DNA of 64,000 nucleotides from Lingula anatina (taxonomy: Eukaryota > Animalia > Brachiopoda). Every line of letters starts with the position of its first letter. Position 1 is the first letter of the stretch. The translations under genes and the position numbers were made by a program. The stretch is from positions 17,918,001-17,982,000 of the forward strand of contig CM120646.1 of the NCBI GenBank assembly GCA_051362555.1, written 5' to 3'. The notes beneath the pieces were generated by a model. The model did not search any database and was not told the DNA's origin. It worked only from the letters and a program-made list of their open reading frames with translations. This document shows positions 60,751-64,000 of this stretch, one piece after another.

Positions 60751-63700
60751 TGAGTATGTGTTTGTGCATAAGAATCCTTTTTTTTTTTTTTTTTTGAGCT
60801 GAGATAAAACTTCTTGTAGAATATAAGCCATTGGAACTAGATATAATTTTTGGAGTAGAAATACAGGCGATCACCATCATAAATGTCTTGAACTTCATCA
60901 GTTGATAGAAATTCAACAGGCAAAAAGTCCAACCCAGGATGAAAGAAACCCAGGCAAATCGCGTTGGAGGGACCTGAGCAGAATGGACAAGCTAACATAT
61001 AGATGGGTAAAGAAATAAATTATCGCTACATTGATGCAACAGTGGGAATACAGTTAAGACTGAGCACTCTGACAGCTATTGACTGATCTGAGCCCAGGGG
61101 AATCCACTACCAACCATTGATGATATTTCCGCCCCCAGTTGGCAGCCAAAGTTCATTTTGAGTTGATCAAATCACCAGGAGAGGAGTTGAGGCTGTCATG
61201 TTTGTCTTCTTGTTTGCTTGTTATTCTGCAGTTTTATCTCTCCTGTTTTGTCATAATGCTCATCACTTCACTGCTTTCACTCCTCCCCTGCTTTCAACTC
61301 CCTCTCTCTCTCTCACTTTCCCCCTCCCCCAATGTTGATTTGTTTTGGCTTAACTCATTATTTGTGTATTAGCTATCAGTTTATGGTTTAGATCTCTCTC
61401 TCTCTCTCTCTCTCTCTCATCCTTATAATATTATATTATTGTATTATTTTTTCCCATTTCTTCACTATGATACAGGCCAGGAACTTCATGCTCTGTTTGT
61501 TTTGGGGCAAATCAGAAATGACAAACCTGCAGCACATTTACGTCATACTAAATAAAAAAAAGGAATTTTTTTCTTGCTGCATCATTCCTAAGTTATAATT
61601 TTCCATCCTGACTTTAAGTAAACAATTGTGGTTTATAATCTAGCGTTAGAGAAGGAACAGTTGCTATTATTGTTATATTGTAATACAGGGCACGTATCAC
61701 GTAAACACAGTAATTCTGGAGATTTTTAGACTGACTAATAAATTGATTTTATCAACACTTATCTAAAAATAAATAAAAAAGGCATTACTAAAGGACATTT
61801 GTTTTACGCTCAATTTTTCAAGATATTGATGATCTTCAATTATAATCACCATGGAAATAAAACATAGTATGTGTAATTGCTAAGATGTAGCTAAGTGCAT
61901 TTGATGTAATATATAACCTGTGTATATACGTATACATTTTACTTTTTGGCACAAAACCAACTATTTTATCAAATGCTGAAACAAGATTTTAAAGTCGTAA
62001 TAGTAAATATTATTTTGCTGTTGTGTGTGTGTGATTTGTGTTATTGGTGGTTTGTCGATGTTCTACATTTTTATCCAGTTATTACTACATTTTACGCCAG
62101 GAATAAACTCAGCCAGTGCCACTCTGAATATGATTTTCGTGTCTTGTGTTGACTTATGCATACAACAAGTGTGCCTGAGTACTGCATTAATATTTTAAAA
62201 CTATTTTATTAATTGACTTTCAGTTTTCTCATTAATTCACAAACTGGACTGAAGTGTTCAACTAGCACCAGAATTGCACATTAAGATGATATCAATATTA
62301 TCCTCTCTTGCACGGGCCAGATAAATATCAGAGAAGAGGCTTGCATTTTAATCTGTCATTTGGTTGTCAGATTGCATTTTAAAGTCATGAGTAATCTATT
62401 TTTAGTGGTATTATGCGTTAACAAACAAGACTACCATCCTTAAACTACAAGGACGTATTTTTCATCGGACTGTAAGGGCACCTCCTTATGTTTAAGCGAC
62501 GTGCCAACAGAGAGAAGGGTGTAAGTGAATTGGAAGCTGTAACAAGAGGCAAGGTACATTTTAATTAGTTTTTTAATCAGATAGGTATTTGGTTTGTCAG
62601 GTGATAAGAAGAGGGGGTTATAGATTGCAAGTTAATGGTATAACTAGTGAAAGGAAAAAGAAAAAGAAGAAAAAAAAACAAAAATACCATTGGCACTTTG
62701 GTATGGAGAAGACTGTAGCATTTTGATTTTACTTAGCAATACATGATTTTTCTGTGTACACGTTCTGGCTTAGGGTTTGAATATGTAACCAAGATAGATT
62801 AAAAGACGGAGATAAAGAATCCAGATTTAGCATTGATTGGGGGGTTGATAAAGTATTTCCTGTCACCTGTTTGGCAAGGTCAGATTACAGGTAACTTCTG
62901 TAATTAGTACGTATACTGATCCAACAGAACTGCAGGAGCAACAGGTAGAACTGATATTGTTGATAAGTAGTTAAAAATACAGCAGGTTTATATTCATAAT
63001 TGATAGAAACTTTGCGCTGTTAAAAACATGGAATTTATTTTAAAGTATATAATATAGGGATAGTATGTGTCTTGCCTACTGACATACATATACATGGATA
63101 TCTCACTAATTTACTTAGCAATAGAAAGTAGGTTAGTTCTGTATGAGGATATATAATGGTGTAAAAACTTAAGTTTCCATAATGACGTATTTTGTAGGGA
63201 GTTAATCATTTTAGAGAAGGAATATTGGTAAATGCATGAAAGTAAAAAAAGAAGTTGGTCAAGTGCAATAGCAGAAGAGCACAAGTGGTCTATTTAGTAA
63301 AGGTGAAAATACAGGTAAATATCGTGATAACCAAAGCACCTTAGGGCAGTAGTGCAGGCGAGTCAAATTTGTCAGTTTATGAGTAAAATATAGGCAAACA
63401 CCATGATTATCTGAAGATCTTAGTCACAGCGTTGTAAGTAGTTGTCAGTTTTAACCATGTCTTGCAGATTAGAATATCCCATTTAATGTGGAGAGAAAAA
63501 GTTGAGAAAGACAAAGGAAGGTGTAGATGGAATGCAAGGAATGAAAGTCATGGATGTAAGAATTGCATGATTTACATTGGCTTGAGCATGGGATATGACA
63601 TGCAGCTTATTTGACTTCATATAGATGTTGGTTAACATAAAAGTAAAAAGTCTAGGAACACATACTTACGTACATGTGGGTGCACACACATACACACACG

Positions 63701-63917
63701 CACACACACACACAACTATACAGAGAGAGAGAGAGAGAGAGATGTTATTGTTGTTGTTATTATCCTTGTCATCACAATCATCTCATTTTCTTTCCATAAG
63801 TACACTGTCCGTCAGTAAATAAATAACTAAAACTTAACATGGTAGACAGTTTGAACCCAGTTTACTTTTGCACATTTATTTAATCCCTTGATGCTTACTT
63901 TGATGTGTTATTTTCAG

Positions 63918-63972
63918 GGACCAAGCACCAGACTAACAGTGGTTGAAGACTGATGTCTAATGAATTAAACAG
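63918..63972 (+). other. Candidate internal exon of the downstream gene; 5'UTR with possible start codon at 63953 (MSNELN...)
   Basis: ttattttcag| acceptor and CAG|gtaatt donor; stop codons in all three frames before or overlapping the ATG. Confidence 0.5.
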
Positions 63973-64000
63973 GTAATTCGGGAACTGAAACTGTGTTTAA

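Overview
AT-rich, intron-containing animal genomic DNA, probably from a lophotrochozoan such as a mollusc (inferred from gene content and repeat types). Left to right it contains: (1) the last six coding exons of xylulokinase XYLB (+, 189-2166); (2) a four-exon PAR/C-EBP-like bZIP transcription factor gene (-, about 7490 to 3790); (3) head-to-head with it, a complete activin type II receptor gene (+, CDS 8957 or 9008 to 30653, six coding exons, C-terminal KESSI, candidate 3'UTR of about 6 kb); (4) a CpG/ETS/YY1 promoter at 39-40 kb followed by about 24 kb of apparently non-coding 5' exons and introns of an unidentified + strand gene. MITEs, a Helentron-type element and microsatellites are scattered throughout. 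The strongest finding is the bZIP mRNA leader. It has an ATF4-style translational-control layout: a start-stop element, a 4-codon uORF, a 114-codon uORF overlapping the CDS, a strong hairpin 26-30 nt after the AUG and an open non-AUG extension. The gene also carries C/EBP-ATF elements. Together these suggest an integrated-stress-response effector that is not ATF4. All gene models were read by eye and no database searches were run.
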